From Podarcis gaigeae (lineage: Eukaryota), in the NCBI GenBank assembly GCA_964106915.2, contig OZ066923.1: a stretch of DNA of 64,000 bases; one strand, given 5' to 3'. A program made the translations under genes and the position numbers. The notes beneath the pieces were generated by a model that worked only from the letters and a program-made list of their open reading frames with translations, had not been told where the DNA came from and searched no databases. This document shows positions 36,030-50,689 of the stretch, piece by piece; positions within the stretch are counted from its first letter, which is position 1, and each line of letters starts with the position of its first letter.

Positions 36030-39000
36030 GTAGGTAGTAACTTCTATTTCAAATTATTGTAGAGCTAGTTCAAGATATACCAGTATTTTGTCTTAAAGGC
36101 TTCCATATTGTGTCACATCATGATAAATAAGGGTATTCAACCTAGAGGAAAAAAGCATCTTAATTGAGTTTTAATTTCTTTTGAATGGCATTTCTACTTG
36201 AACCATATCTCCTTGTCTTTTGCATAACTCTCATATCTACCCTTTCATCATCTGAATTCTAGCCTTTTAGGGGCAGACAGTACTATTTCCATCCATATAT
36301 TGGAGGACATATAGAAATAACAGTCTGTGATGTGTTCTGAAACTGTGTTCATGTGCTTGTTGATAATATGGGTGGAAGGTTCAAGGGGAAATGGGATATA
36401 GGAAGAAATGGATGACATAAAATTACTTTTTGTTGAAAACTAACTTTATGTGAGTTCACATAGGTGCATTGTCATAGCAGGATGTAAGATGTATTTGATG
36501 AGGAGTGATTGCATCAGTTCATTCATTTGCCAATCTATGCTTTGCAGCCATTGACCCAACACATTCAGTGGAGCATTGCACCACAGATACACCTGAGCTC
36601 CCAATGAGCAGACAGTGTAATGTGCACACACTTAACTTGATTCTTGTTAATCCTGCCTTCCACAGTGCTGAGCTAGTGACACAGCAGTACAAGAGAATCT
36701 CTGTGTACATAGAGATTCCATTCCCAGTAACTCTGCATGTCAGTGGGACACACACAAGTCCTTTCTGTCCTATTCTGCCCCCCTTTGGCACCAAAAATGA
36801 TGCATGTGTCAGTGGTCGTGTGAGTGGGAAGGTGCCTGTACATACTCATAAGGTTCTTAGCATCCCTATTCCCTTCCAGATGATGTGTGCCTTATTGGTA
36901 TTTTTAACAGCAATTTTTGGGAATGGTGGAGAGGTTGGAGGCAGGGGTATCAAGGAACATACTCTTCTTACTGGACAATACAGAGGTGGAGGAGGAGGCA
37001 GAATATAGCTGGGTAAGATGTTGGAGGAGCCAGGCTGGTTAGAACATGGAGAGTGTGACACTTCCTTGGAGCTTCCAGTGTCCCTTTCTCCTTGCTGTGG
37101 GGTGTGGTGAAGATGGGCAAACTGTGTTACTTGGATTGTGAGGTCTGCAAAGGCCATGCAGAGCTACCACCTCTCTCTCTGGTGGCTGTATTGGCCTTTT
37201 TTAGGTTTCAGTGCTCCATTCTCTGGGAAGTCGGGGGGGGGGCTGGGTGGTGGGCGATGAAGGCACCACACTGAAAAGCAGGCTGGAGCTGGGGAGGGGA
37301 GCACTGAAGAGGCTGTGTAGAGTTGATTCCTGGGTTGTGTATAGCCTGTCTTAATTTTTCTACCACCCTTGTGGGGGATAGAATTGCAGGTATGCATGCA
37401 GTATTACTTATCTCATGTTGCATTGTATGTGTGGCCTGAGTGCATGCATGGAACCATGCTCTTAATAAGTGGAAAGATAAGAGTGTAAGTCAGACCCCCA
37501 AACATTCTTAGACTGCTGTTTCTGAATGGTTAGCTCTTGCCAGTAATCTTTGTAGCCAAGTGTTGCTCTGTAAAAAGTGGATTTTTTAAAATCTTGGTTC
37601 ATCATCTTCATCTACTCTGAGCAGCACAGGTGTGTAGCTCTTCACTTATTTCAAGCTAATTCTGATTGCTGACTAAAAAGAATGTCTTATGCACCTTATG
37701 GTCAAATTTTACATCCCTAGATATTGGCATTTTAAAAGTGATATAACATTGTATAGATCTTAATAGAACTGTGCTGAACTTTTGCCTAAAAAATACTGGG
37801 AACAAAGAAGATTAGGAGAAGTCAAAACATCTACAGTGCTTCTCTTTGCTTGCTTCCATTATGTACTGTTCACATTAACTTTTAAACCATTTCCATACCA
37901 ATTGGGAATCACGTGGGCAGCATGTTGTGCTGCTCATCAGATCAGCATGCCAATAAGCAACAGTTGGTTTGGCTCTCAGATCTAATAGATTCCAATAGTG
38001 AACTAGTTCACACAATACATTAAACTAGAGCTTATTTTAAAGTATTTAATGAGTATAGGCAGTATATTCTTCTACTGCTATAACATTCATGTCAATGAAT
38101 TAGAGTGAGGGCAGAAACATCAGCCTCCCTCTGCAGAGGCTTCCTGACACTGGCACATAATGAGAATTGACTAACCTAAGAAATTCAAATGTGAGGTGAA
38201 TTCTACTTACACTCCCCTGAATGGGTAAAATTTCCCCCCTCTCTTACAGCATTCGAAATTAGCCAGGCACCATGCTCATTTTGCACCTGGCTATCAGACA
38301 CTTGCAACTAAGTGAAGATGCCTGGGCGCCAGGATAGCACCTGACATCTCCGCCACTGGCTGGCGCACAGCATCATTGTTGTTTTTTTGCTGCCGTGCTA
38401 TGGCATGAGTCAGATTTTAGCTGACAGTATACAAAATTCATTTTCGGCTTTGTAATCATGTTTTTTTTTTGTTTAAAAAAGTGCCTAAACATTCCATTAG
38501 CGTGCCCGTAACCTAGGTTTCAGGGGCCATATGATGGATAGCTTTAATATCTCTGTTTCTAACACTGCTCTTCATAGAACTGGTCAAACAGTTACCTCAA
38601 TGAGAGAGGGGCGGGCACATGCAGGAGTAGGGGAGGAACAAATTATTGTTACTATTATTTATTAAGTTTATATACTACCCTTTATCCGAGGATCACAGCA
38701 TGGTTTAGAATATAAAAATACAAAAATACATAACATAGTAACAAGCAAAAACAATAACCCACACCCATTCACGGTTTAAAAGGCCAAAGGGACTATAGAG
38801 TGGGCAGGAGCACACTTCTCATAGTTTAAAATAAACCATGGAGTAATGTTATGTACAAACTGGGCCAGTGTAAACTTGTACACCATAATCCATATAGCAT
38901 TGGCAAAGAGCACTTTAAAAGCTTCACTGTATGACTATAGATCATGCTAATTAGGTATGTTGTATTACTCTAATAAAGAGTAAGTTTATTAGTTGTGATT

Positions 39001-40093
39001 GAAATACAATTGGTATTGGGTACACCAATTAATTTGAAGAGAGTGAAGCTATCTGTGAGTGCCACAATCCTACCACCTGTATAGGGAAGTTCCATTCATG
39101 TCAGTGGGGTTTTACTATGAATCACCATACATGTGAAGAGTCAAAGTTCTGGAATTTACAGCATTGCTAAAGGGTAATTCAATTGTAGTATTATGTTGTA
39201 GTCAGTTTGGGAAGGATGAAACATGGTTCATATGGAACAGTAACGCAGAGGAAAGCTCATTTCAATTATTAGTGTAACTTTTGTTCAAACTGGAGTTAGC
39301 CTTTGCCTATGGTGCCCAGTTTCAAGCTGTGAAGCTCCAGTATACTTGAAAACAGGCTGAAAGTGAATAAATCCCTTTACTACTGTATTTGGGTGAAGCT
39401 GACATGAAAACTGAATTTCTCCCATGGATGGTACAATGTTAGTTGTGCTGAACTCTCATACCTTGACCCCTTGTTAAAAGAGAAAAACAATAATTATTCC
39501 TCCCCAGTTAATGAAGCAAGCCTGAAGATCCTTAAAACCAAATCAAGTCAAGCTCTCTGAAGTTGAATGAAAAGCAATATGGAATAATGCTTGCATTGCC
39601 ACTTCCAAAGATCAGCCTCAGAAGTGGCGTTGCAAGGTGGTTGCTAAGCAGAATAGGACATATATTTCTAATTATCAACCTCAGCAATATTAGTTTGCTG
39701 TGTTGCATTGGTAGTGGCTATAATAACTATGTCTCCTGTGCTTGATCTGTCCTTTGCATTGCTCCATATTTAGGGATGGCATGTTTATGTGTTGGCTGCT
39801 GGAGGTTAGAAAATATTGATTCATGAAATCATTCCTCATACTCATTATATTAGTAGGCTGTGTTGTATGGCTGCTTTCTTTAGGGACTATATGAGCATTA
39901 AGTTGCATTGTGGAACTTTGCTTGAGAATGGGTTTTCTTCAAAGGAATAAGAGCTTTCTCTGAGAGAGAGGATTTATTAAGTTATCTTAAAGTAATTCAT
40001 ATAGCTGCTGCTTCTACAGGTTTAAGCTAACTTTCAAAAGACATGAATAACTTCTTTGTGTTCTGCTGACTTCTAGAGAACTGTCAGGGTTAG

Positions 40094-40390
<297 letters not shown>

Positions 40391-40906
40391 TAGTATAAAG
40401 TTTTTCATCTCATAGGAATCTTTGGTCCTGTTCTTGTAAAGTCAAGTCAAGCCCCTCCGGAAATGTTACCATTGTGACAGTAGGAAGCTAATACTGTTTG
40501 AAAAACAATTTTGCCGTAATTTGTGCTCACAAGTTACAAGGTCAGGATGAGAGATACAGATACTGAAGTTTTAGCAATCAACTTTGACCTCCACTGTGCA
40601 ATAAGTAATAAGAGATCCAGACTGGGTGACCTATTGCAAAGAGCAGAAAAGCCTTGATCTGTACTTGGGTAAGATAAGTTTCAATCAACTAAGATTTCCC
40701 TTGACCTATCAGTCAAAAGAAGACTTAAGGGGAAAGTTTTCAATTCTGGAGATATAGATATATGCAGTCCAATATACTCAGAAGCGTGAGTCACACTGTA
40801 CTCCAAGTAATTGTGCATAGATTCTGTGCATCAGTAGCACATGTATAGCTGGCTCAAAGAAATTTAAAGTTTTAAGTGTAAAATTGCTTTTTAACCCTCT
40901 TTTTAG

Positions 40907-41020
40907 TGGCTCACTGTGCATCTTCACGACAAATCATATCGCACTGGAAGAATTGTACACGGCATGACTGTCCTGTGTGTCTCCCTCTCAAGAATGCCGG
41001 GGACAAAAGAAATCAACAAT
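40907..41020 (+). CDS. EP300: p300 exon 5 (TAZ1, second part)
   Basis: [37 protein letters not shown], 114 nt, TTTTAG/GTAAGT. Confidence 0.97.
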
Positions 41021-41439
41021 GTAAGTAGTCACTAATTTATTTCTTTTTAGGGCATTACAGATTTGCAGTATCACTCCATTTCTCATAATGTTTCTCCTAA
41101 TACTATTAATGGCTGGTGTGAGAGACAGCTGCAGGATCAAGTTCCTACAGGACAAGCAGTGCTCCTGACAGCAGGGACCCTCGATATACATGGACCCTCT
41201 ACTCTGGCCTCACTATCATGTTGTGATGGCAGTCGTGTCTGCAAATACAGTAGGACGCAGCCATAGCTGCCCATGTTGTGGTAGGCAGCAGCCTCCATGC
41301 TTATCAGGTCAGCAACAGACACAGTTTAATGCCCCAAACCTTATTGGTGTGTTACTAAGGACTTTATAAAAGGGTTGGTGTGTTTTATGTTCATTCTAGT
41401 CACTGCTTTTGATCGTTTTCATGTCTTCATTTTTTCTAG

Positions 41440-41676
41440 CATTACTAGGTGGTGCTGCAGTAGGACTTGGAAATTCTGGCTCTGTAGGGGTTGGTCAGCA
41501 GACAACCCCCAACATAAATACTGCTAACCAGATTGACCCCAGTTCGATTGAGAGGGCTTATGCTGCCCTTGGACTGACGTATCAAGGGAATCAGATGCAG
41601 ACACAGACACAAGCTCAAGTGAAGAGCCAGCAGCAAGGACAGTCACCACAGGGACTTCGCCCCATGAATCCTACAA
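41440..41676 (+). CDS. EP300: p300 exon 6
   Basis: Contains QIDPSSIERAYAALGL, 237 nt, TTCTAG/GTATGT. Confidence 0.95.
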
Positions 41677-42281
41677 GTATGTTCTTAACTTCATTTTAAA
41701 AATGTATATCCCACCTTATTTCAGAAGGCAGCTAACAACTCCAAATCATAGCAACAACAATAAAATATGTAATTCCACATTAGAACAAAAATATTACCAT
41801 CAACACCTAAGCTACAATTTATTCAAGTATGTTACTAAAGACATTTGTGAAGTTTTGCAACCATTGGGAGAATGGCTGATAGTGAGGTGAGGCTTTGTAC
41901 ATGGCAAAAGCAAGTTTTCAAAGTTTCATTGTTCTCTAGTATAACCAAAAAGTTGAACTCAGGGTAGTCCTAGTGAGGGGTTATCTCAATGATTCCCATT
42001 GAGTTCATTTTTAATTTGATGAACAAATTAAACATGCTGCAATCTGAGGCTCAGTTAAGGAAACAAGATCTGCCTCTGCCGTCATAAGTGCTCCCTCCCC
42101 CCTTGAGCTGCTCCTACACATTCATATGGAGGGAAAGAAGCCGTTTTGTAGTAGGGCCAAAATCTGTTTTGCAGCAATGATAGCAGCATTTGTACCCTAG
42201 AATATCTGGAAACAACTTAAGCACCCAAAGCAATTAATCTACAGTAGAGCATATTTTAATCTTTTCTTTCTTTTGGTCTAG

Positions 42282-42375
42282 ATGCTAATCCTATGGGAGT
42301 GAATGGAGGTGTTGGTGTTCAAGCCCAGAGTCTTCTACCTGAATCAATGTTGCATCCAGCTATGAATTCTCAAAA
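42282..42375 (+). CDS. EP300: p300 exon 7
   Basis: ANPMGVNGGVGVQAQSLLPESMLHPAMNSQ, 94 nt, GTCTAG/GTAAGT. Confidence 0.93.
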
Positions 42376-43340
42376 GTAAGTTTATTTTTAATTGTATAGA
42401 AAGCAACTTTTGGAATAACACATTGAGGAAAGAATTCACAAAAGTGACAGAGCTACAAAATAGTAACTTTGAACAGGAGGGATTTTTACAAAAGGAAAAT
42501 ATTGTATACTTTAAAATTTTATCTGTGACCTCTGAATAAAGCTCTTTATGATAGAAATGGCTTTTTTGTCTGCCTGATCTAAATCTGAGTTAGCATAGAG
42601 ATACTCTGTCTGTTCTGCCATAGGGGCTCCACATTTACCTGAAAAACTTTTTTTGTAAAGGTTATAGGTAAAGCAAAATACCTTGCAGTAGCTGCATTGC
42701 TTTCATAGTAGATATACTTGCGTCTCATTACTGAATTCTGTAGTGCTGCTACACGCTCTTAGATCGCCGGTTCTATTTTGACTGGAAAGTGTTGGCATTT
42801 AAATGTTGTCAGTGAAGTAGTATAGCACATTCTGCTAGTGATACACATGCTATATAGCACATGTTTTGAACTATGATATGTAATATTAATATATATCATA
42901 TACTGGGCTAAATAATTAATTCTTTTCCCCAAAAAGGTACATGTTGTGATTGGTAGATATTGTACAAATTAAAGTTGGTTATTGTGCATAATGTTGCTAC
43001 TGCTGCTCATTGCTTGGGACACAGGTCAAGTGAGGACACTGAAGCTTCAGCTCCTGACCACTGTAAATTATTGTTGGTTAATAACAAGTACTCAGGACTT
43101 TCCAGATGCAAGAAATGGCAGCTAATGTTCAAAATTGTATTTCTCCATCTATAAAGTGGAAAGTGAATGAATATTGGAACTCACCTTAATGTAGAGCCTT
43201 GCCTGAAAGAAGAGTGCAATATCATCCATATGTATTTTAGCACCAATAGTGACTTGCTATTCCTTGGTGCCAAGGTATTAAGCCATTATTTATTTACAGT
43301 TGTCTCTTTACTTAAAACAGTGTTTCAGAAGTTCATAAGT

Positions 43341-43375
43341 GCACGCGCGCGCGCACACACACACACACACACACA
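43341..43375. repeat. (CG)n(CA)n compound microsatellite
   Basis: GCACGCGCGCGCGCACACAC..., alternating purine-pyrimidine. Confidence 0.9.
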
Positions 43376-43535
43376 GAGAAAAGAAATGTTTATCCACCTA
43401 TGGCTGAGCAGGAATCTGAGCATGAGTAGGCCACTTTCATATACAATTACTTGCGATGTGTTTACATATAAAGAAAGTCTCACTTAACGAGGTTTATTGT
43501 GTCTTTGATAATTGCCTCTTCTTCTTTTTTAATAG

Positions 43536-43673
43536 TACCATGATGAATGAAAATGCCAATGTTGCCAGTTTGGGAGCCATGCCAACAGCAACACATCCTT
43601 CTGGCATTGGAATTCGGAAACCATGGCATGAAGATATTACTCAGGACCTCAGAAATCACCTTGTTCATAAACT
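43536..43673 (+). CDS. EP300: p300 exon 8 (KIX start)
   Basis: GIRKPWHEDITQDLRNHLVHK, 138 nt, AATAG/GTAAGT. Confidence 0.96.
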
Positions 43674-45364
43674 GTAAGTATTGATCACCAAATCTTCAAA
43701 CTTCTAGATGAAATAATTGAAATAGTGCAATAAAAGTACTTAAACCTTCTAAATGTATCTGCTGCATTCCTTCCATAGGTGATGGATGTAACTATTCACT
43801 TTGTTACCTCGTTAACTTTACAGTTACGGTAACCCTTGTATGGGAGTTGTGGGAGACTGAGTAGGAGTCTAAAGATCAGACAGAGTTATTAATGAAAGGA
43901 AAAAATCAGCCTTATGACCAAAGATGGCAATACTTCCAATTTGCTGCCTAGCTCATTTGGAATCTCTACATTGAACCAAATGCCTAAAAGGGTGTTGTAG
44001 TTGGAATTCAGAGGAAACAGCCAGTGGGGGCCAAGTGGTGTGATCTGGTTCTAGCATGTCATCCATGTTGTCTTAAGCTATCTTTTTTTGTCATTAGAGT
44101 TTAATTTCTCAGTAATTGTTTCCACACCCTGCTCCTGAAGACACAAGTCATTTCCAGGGCTAAATGGCAATTCTGTGCATGATGTGATGGGTGAACAAAC
44201 ACACAGCATTGTAACTCTGCCCAAATAAATTATCCTAGGTTACGAGCCATTTTTCAGTACTTAGAACCTTTGTCACATAAACTCCCCCCCCCCAAGGCAT
44301 CCATAGGGGAATTGAAATGACTTCCAATAAACCAAAGAGATATTATCTTGAACATGCCCAGAACATTTTTCTATACTGACTCAATAAGGAAGAAGAAATT
44401 ATTACTGGTTTCAACCAGGAGACAGACTCATTGTGATAGATTTATTTGGAAGATTTTTATTTAACATCGCTGTTTTCCTCCAAGGTAGCATACTTGGTGT
44501 ATTGTCCTCTATCTCAGTTACAACAATGACAGTGGCCTAGTTTGCATGTGACATTAAGCCATAGTTAAACAGAGCTTTAATATGCTGATGCACACCGCTC
44601 AAAACTTTCATGTTGCTTCTCCCTTGCTTCTGCTGTGCTAAAGATGAAGCAAATCAGACTCTAGCTTGTCTGGAACAAACCTTGGTTTCAGTCCATAGTC
44701 CGTTTGGACAAAATGATCCACAGGCTCGGGTTTGGCTTGACAAGCCAGGTCGCTCTGGCTTATTTTGTCCACAGTATAACATGAGTGTGTGTGGAAGGAG
44801 TGCCATGAGAACTTTCGAGCAGCATGTTTCTCTTTCACATTAAATTATAATTTGTTTCAAACTATGGTTCAATGTGATACACACCAGGTTAGTGAGAATT
44901 TGAATTTACCTCCCCAGGCTATATGCATTTTCCTTAGCACTGTTCCACTCAGGCTCTTATTCATCAGCTAATTGGAGTGCAATAAGCTGGGGGAGACTTC
45001 AGGCTTTATCCGCCCCCCACAAAAAAACCAACACAAAAAACCTAGAAGCTTAAGTTCTGCCAGCAAGAGCCAGAGGAACTATTGGGTGGATATACTTAAA
45101 ATTCAGAATCTCTTGAGGCTGAACACATTATCAGGCTAATGACAATTTTAGTACCAAAAATTAGCTGACAACCCTTTCACAGAAAAATCAATTCCTGTTA
45201 ACCCACTCCCTGCCCCCCAAGTTTTCTTTTGAGTAACCCATTTTGCTACTGATAAGCTATTTGGAGTCAAACCATTGTGGATCTTCAGCAAACCATCCAG
45301 AGATCTACTTTATGCCTACACATGGATTATGGGGAATGTAATAAGTAGTCCATGTAATCTAGAC

Positions 45365-45500
45365 CAGTTATAGGCAAACTCGGCCCTCCAGATGTTTTGG
45401 GACTACAACTCCCATCATATCTAGCTAACAGGACCAGTGGTCAGGGATGATGGGAATTGTAGTCCCAAAACATCTGGAGGGCTGGGTTTGCCTGTGCCTG
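45365..45500. mobile_element. complete palindromic hAT (Charlie-like) MITE
   Basis: CAG...CTG ends, near-perfect arms, and 8-bp TSD ATCTAGAC (45357-45364 and 45501-45508) matching the NTCTAGAN Charlie target preference. Confidence 0.88.
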
Positions 45501-46386
45501 ATCTAGACCATTGCCATTTCTTCATGATGGGGAAAAACAGTTGAATTGAAAAGAAAAAGCCCAGGCCGTGTTTGCTAGCATGCTTCAGGGGCTTGTTTAG
45601 TAGTGCTGTAGGTAACAGTGTTGCTCACACTTGAGTAAGGGACAGTTCTTAATCATAATTCACATATTGCACTGATTGGATGAGGATTGGTTTTGTTGTC
45701 TGTCTTCTGGCCCAGTCAAGACATGTTTTATTGAGACAATAGATGTTTCAGTGTGGCAAACTTTGGTTCTTATTCAGACATCATATTCAAAGAGCGTATG
45801 AGTAGAAAGTAGCCTTTTGTTAGCAACCCCTGGGCCTAGCCCTGAGAACTTTTGGATCTATGCTTTGCTGCCCCTTGTGGTAAGACACTTCATGTTACAG
45901 ATTGAAAGGTTCAGAAGACTATAATTTCCTCTGTAGGGTGATTCTACTGGATCAGTCGCATTCCCTGAAATAACAAGGTTATAAAAGCTTGTTTTGCCTG
46001 AGAAATGGTTATCATGACTTTCTCTTTCTTCCTGCTGTACCAAGCTATACTCTGCTGGATTCTCTTCAATTTCTTATTCCAGAATTTGTTCTGCCTGTGA
46101 GTTAGCATCACAACAGCTAATTTCATATTTGTACTGAACACCTATTCCTAATTAAGGCATCTTATGTTTTCTGGATGTTGCAAGCTTTTAGTGAGTTGAA
46201 TTAGACAATTTGTACCTCTTGGTCCAGTACAGCTAAAGAATTCCCATCTATGATTGTTCTTGGCTTTTACCAGAAGTTGACAAAAATTAAGAATAACGTA
46301 AACTCTAGCTGTGGGCATTAGATTTTTGGATCCAGAAGTTCAGGAGACAAATAGTTGGTTCAAGGTTTCCCTCTATATTCTTGCAG

Positions 46387-46504
46387 AGTACAAGCCATAT
46401 TTCCAACTCCTGACCCTGCAGCACTAAAAGATAGGCGCATGGCAAATCTTGTTTCCTATGCTCGGAAAGTAGAAGGCGACATGTATGAATCAGCAAATAG
46501 CAGG
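46387..46504 (+). CDS. EP300: p300 exon 9 (KIX)
   Basis: [39 protein letters not shown], 118 nt, TTGCAG/GTAAGT. Confidence 0.97.
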
Positions 46505-48047
46505 GTAAGTTATTTTGTAATTTTCTGGTATCAAAGTATTAATTTATAAATTGATTTGTCTTTTTGTCATTTCTGTAATTATGTTGATCAAAAGCCAGTC
46601 ATGTTCTTTTCCATTGTATGTATATATAATAAGTATTTGGAAGGAATGCTTCAGTAATACTAATGAATCATCATTTGTAGCAAATTCCAGTTTTCTCTGA
46701 AGCAAGTTCCAAGGATTCAAACATACTCTATTTTAGGAGTAGGAAACATTTTAGGCTTTGCAAGCCAGATCCCTAGTAGATGCTAGCTTTGTGTCTACCC
46801 TCCTGTCAATCACTGGATGTCAGAATGGCATCATTGCAAAGAGCCCTGCACAGTGCTTTAAAGTGTTTGAAGCTTTAGCTTTGTAGAGGCAAAGTCTGCT
46901 TTCCCTGCCAGGAAACAGTCAGTGGCACCCTTTCAGGCTCATAGTTGTGTATCAACAGCTGCATTGACAGCTGCATCTCTACCTACCCCACACCTGATGT
47001 CATATATGACATACTTTGGGGAAAACTGCTTTGCAGGCCAAATATGAAACTGTGGTTTGGACTGTGGACCAGAGGTTCCCCACTGCTGCTATTTTCACCA
47101 AGAAACAAGCCAGATTGGGGTGACAAAGCCCTGGTTCTGAGTAGTTCCTGCCATACCTCATATAAATAGGATAGTATTTAGCAAATGTGAGGAATGAAAC
47201 CTGCTCTGACCAAGAAACTAGCCCCCATTTCAGTAGTTCTCCTGCTTATACTCCTTTGCTTTTGTCCATTTACTCCAGTAATGAAGTGCTGCAGTTGGGA
47301 CAATGTTGCCTTATGGCCAAACCTGCCCACCATGCCAGACACTGGGTATTTGCGTGCAAAGGACAGACTCTTGAGACCTTGTATTCTGGGACCTAGTAGA
47401 GTGCTGTCTGTCAGTTGAAGCAGGAGGCAGAGGCTGAGTTCCAAAGCTACAAACAAAGAATATTAGCAAAATATCATTCTGGTGTAGGCTCATTCCAGTG
47501 ACGAGTTACTTGGAATAAGGAGTAAACTTTTGAGGCTAGTATTTTATAGGGCCTGCTGACTAGTTACTTGTACTTGTGGTCAGCTGACTGAATGCTCAGG
47601 CAACCTAGAACTGCAGCCTAGATGATGCCCTTGAATTACGGAACACAATCTGCGAGACTTGAAGTGTAAAATGAACAGTTTTGCCATAGGAAGTAAGGCA
47701 CTGAATCTTGATTTCCTGGGCTTACATGTACAAGACCACTCCCTGGTACTTCAAAGTATCCTGGCCTCTACTGATGGGGACCCCAGTCACATTCTCCCCA
47801 CTCCCCCTTTCTAGGTCAGTACAGTATGAAGGGCAACCTTCTATGTGTGTATACCATCCATCACAAGGATCAGCATTTTACTAGTATGGATTAAAATGAA
47901 ATTCTAATGAGAATGTGGCCACTATTTTCTGTGCAGGAAAAAAAGATTGCAACTTAATATGGTGTAGCTTCAGTCTCGGGTGGACTGGAAATATGCATAT
48001 TGTAAGCTTTCCTTATGTATGCATCTCATATACTTTTCTCATTGCAG

Positions 48048-48219
48048 GCAGAGTACTACCACTTATTAGCAGAGAAAATTTATAAGATCCAGAAGGAACT
48101 GGAGGAAAAGAGGAGGACCAGGCTACAAAGGCAGAATATGATACCAAATGCCCCAGTCATGCCACCAGCTCCTATCAGTCAGGGGCCCATGGGGCAGCCA
48201 CAACCCGTGATGACAGCAA
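48048..48219 (+). CDS. EP300: p300 exon 10 (KIX end)
   Basis: AEYYHLLAEKIYKIQKELEEKRRTRLQ, 172 nt, TTGCAG/GTAAGT. Confidence 0.97.
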
Positions 48220-48976
48220 GTAAGTGTTGTACCCTTACAAAATTTGATTTAACAATAACAATGAATTTAACAACAACAATAGACATTTGAATCTATTTGA
48301 TTCTTGGGCACTCAAGAATTACAGGGGTGACAGTCATCTTCCAGCTGGGTACAGAGGGAATAACCCATATGAGCCTTCACCCCATATAGTTGTGTGATTT
48401 GTTCAGAGCCTAGAAGTGCATAGTGTGAAAACATGGCAAAGCAGTTGTGTCTGTGTGAAAGGAGGCATTGGGACAAGCATGTGTGAAAACGGCTAACTCA
48501 TTATCAGCATTCTGATATATCTGTATAATTGCAAACATTTGATCATTAAAACGAATAGTTCTACACAAATGACATTACACCCTTTAATCTCTCTTCAGTT
48601 ACATATAGTTCTGTTTAAGGTTTCCTTTGTTCTGCTTGTGATACATAATCGTCAGTTTCAGGGAGGATGCTTGGAGAACTGTGCATGCTTTCACATTCTG
48701 TTGAAAGTACCTTCAGAATAATGCCCTTCATCCTGGCATTTCGTTTCTAAAGATACATTTGTTTCTTGAAAATAGAACTTGGTTGATCAGCTGCTGAATT
48801 TTATAAAGATAGTGCTGCTGTTAGGTTTTTAGCATCCTAGATGTAAAAGTTAATATTCCCCAAATGCTGAAATATGTCCAAGAATTTAAGAATTAAAGTT
48901 CCCCTTACCCTAAAGTGACTTTTTAAAAAATGAAAATGTCTGAATTCTTTAATTTTGGTGTTCAACTACATTACAG

Positions 48977-49054
48977 ACGGTCCTCTTCCCGATCCATCTA
49001 TGATTCGTGCCAATGTGCCAAACCAGATGGTGAATCGAATGCAGACACCATCAG
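48977..49054 (+). CDS. EP300: p300 exon 11
   Basis: GPLPDPSMIRANVPNQMVNRMQTPS, 78 nt, TTACAG/GTAAGA. Confidence 0.93.
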
Positions 49055-49967
49055 GTAAGAGTTCAGAAAAAGAGAGCTGAACAACTTGGCACTATAGTAG
49101 GGACTTTTCTTTGTCTCTACCGCTTCCCATGCCAGCTCCAGCATGGTCCCCTACCTGACAGTGCTTCCACCCTATTCAGCTCCCACTTCGGTGCTGCCAC
49201 AGCATGCCACCACCATCAGTTATTCACCTTCCTCCAAATATGTTTCCTGCATGGCATGATTTGGAATGGGTGCTGAGCTAGTGCTTAGCAGCTGCCTGCC
49301 AATGTAAATTGCCCCAAATGCTAAGCTTGACATTGCCCATCATGCAGTGTCCAACATCATTCTAAAATGTCAAGCCACCACAAGCAGATCAGAGCCGAGC
49401 ACTGAGTTGGCATAGATTCCAAAGTGCTGGCACATGTTGGGTCAGTATGTCCAGATGTGAGAGGCCAACAGCAGCATTGGGCAGGACATGGCAGTGGAAT
49501 GGCAGGACACAGCAGCAGCAATGTCAGTTGCCAAAATCTTTCCACATACTTTACACTGTCTCTAAGAGCCACCCTTTTCTTTTTATTGCAACAGGCCATG
49601 TCCATATGTAATCATTTTCCCCAAGCTGTGTTTTCTTGATTTTTCTGCATTTCTGGTACATTTTCCTTTCTTGATTTGTTTCAGAATATCTGTTCTGTGT
49701 CTCTTTCCAGTGCCATGATAAAGTTCCTATTTGCCTTTGCTTCCTGTCTCTATTCATTTTAACTTCAAGCTTCACACTCCCTTGGGTCTCCTTATTCTCT
49801 TGCACACAGTCCTGATACTGGTTTGTCCCTGACATCTTCCTCCTTCTTTCTTGCCTATGTAAAAGATTCCCATCCTTCTCTGATTCTTACAAATTTAACT
49901 TTTTGTGTGGCATAGTATAAATATTCTGATGAACTCACCAATCTTGTTTAAACATGTAAACTTCCAG

Positions 49968-50077
49968 GAATGAATCAGTTTGGCCAGATGACCATGCAAA
50001 TGCAGTCAGTTGGACCCCGGCAAACTCCTCCCCTTCAGCACCCTGGACAGCTAAGCCAGACGGGGACCATGAACCAG
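49968..50077 (+). CDS. EP300: p300 exon 12
   Basis: MNQFGQMTMQ...GPRQTPPLQHPGQL...MNQ, 110 nt, TTCCAG/GTTGGT. Confidence 0.92.
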
Positions 50078-50536
50078 GTTGGTTGACTTTGCTTTCCATT
50101 GTTGGCTGCTGTGCCCAAACTATATAGGTGCTGTTTGACTCAAGTCCTGCTCAGAGTAGACCTGTTGAAATTAAGAGATCTGACTTGGTCATGTTTATTA
50201 ATTTTGGTGGATCTACCTTGAATACCACCCTATGTATTTAAATGTGTTGGTAGTCCACTCTCTAAATAGGGAGTACTGATCATATTTTAACCCGTTCTGT
50301 CAACTAAGTTAGACCTGCAACATGCTTCAAATAATGAATTTTATTGGGCTACTGGGCTGAGATTCCAGAGGCAGTACCATTTAAGTCTCTGGCCATGATA
50401 GTCCCTGGCAACTTATCTGATAAGAGGGTATCAATAAATTTGCTATGTTAATGTCTGGAAGTACTATGTCATTCTTAACATTGACTATTAGCTTGATACA
50501 ATGTTTTATTCATTCATAATAAATACTTTGTTACAG

Positions 50537-50689
50537 ATGGGATTTTCCCCACGTATGCAACAAGGGGTGTCACAACCTTCCAATCAAAGTCAGTTCCTTC
50601 AGCAGACCCAATATCCTACATTGTCTCCTGGAATGAATCCAACAAGCACGCCTATGACTCAACCTGGCAATCAGACTCCCACGTCTCAA
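50537..50689 (+). CDS. EP300: p300 exon 13
   Basis: MGFSPRMQQ...TPTSQ, 153 nt, TTACAG/GTATGT. Confidence 0.92.

Noticed and set aside
36505-37008. 167-aa intronic ORF
   Set aside because: It has a non-ATG start, no recognisable domain or splice context, and overlaps degenerate repeat-like sequence.
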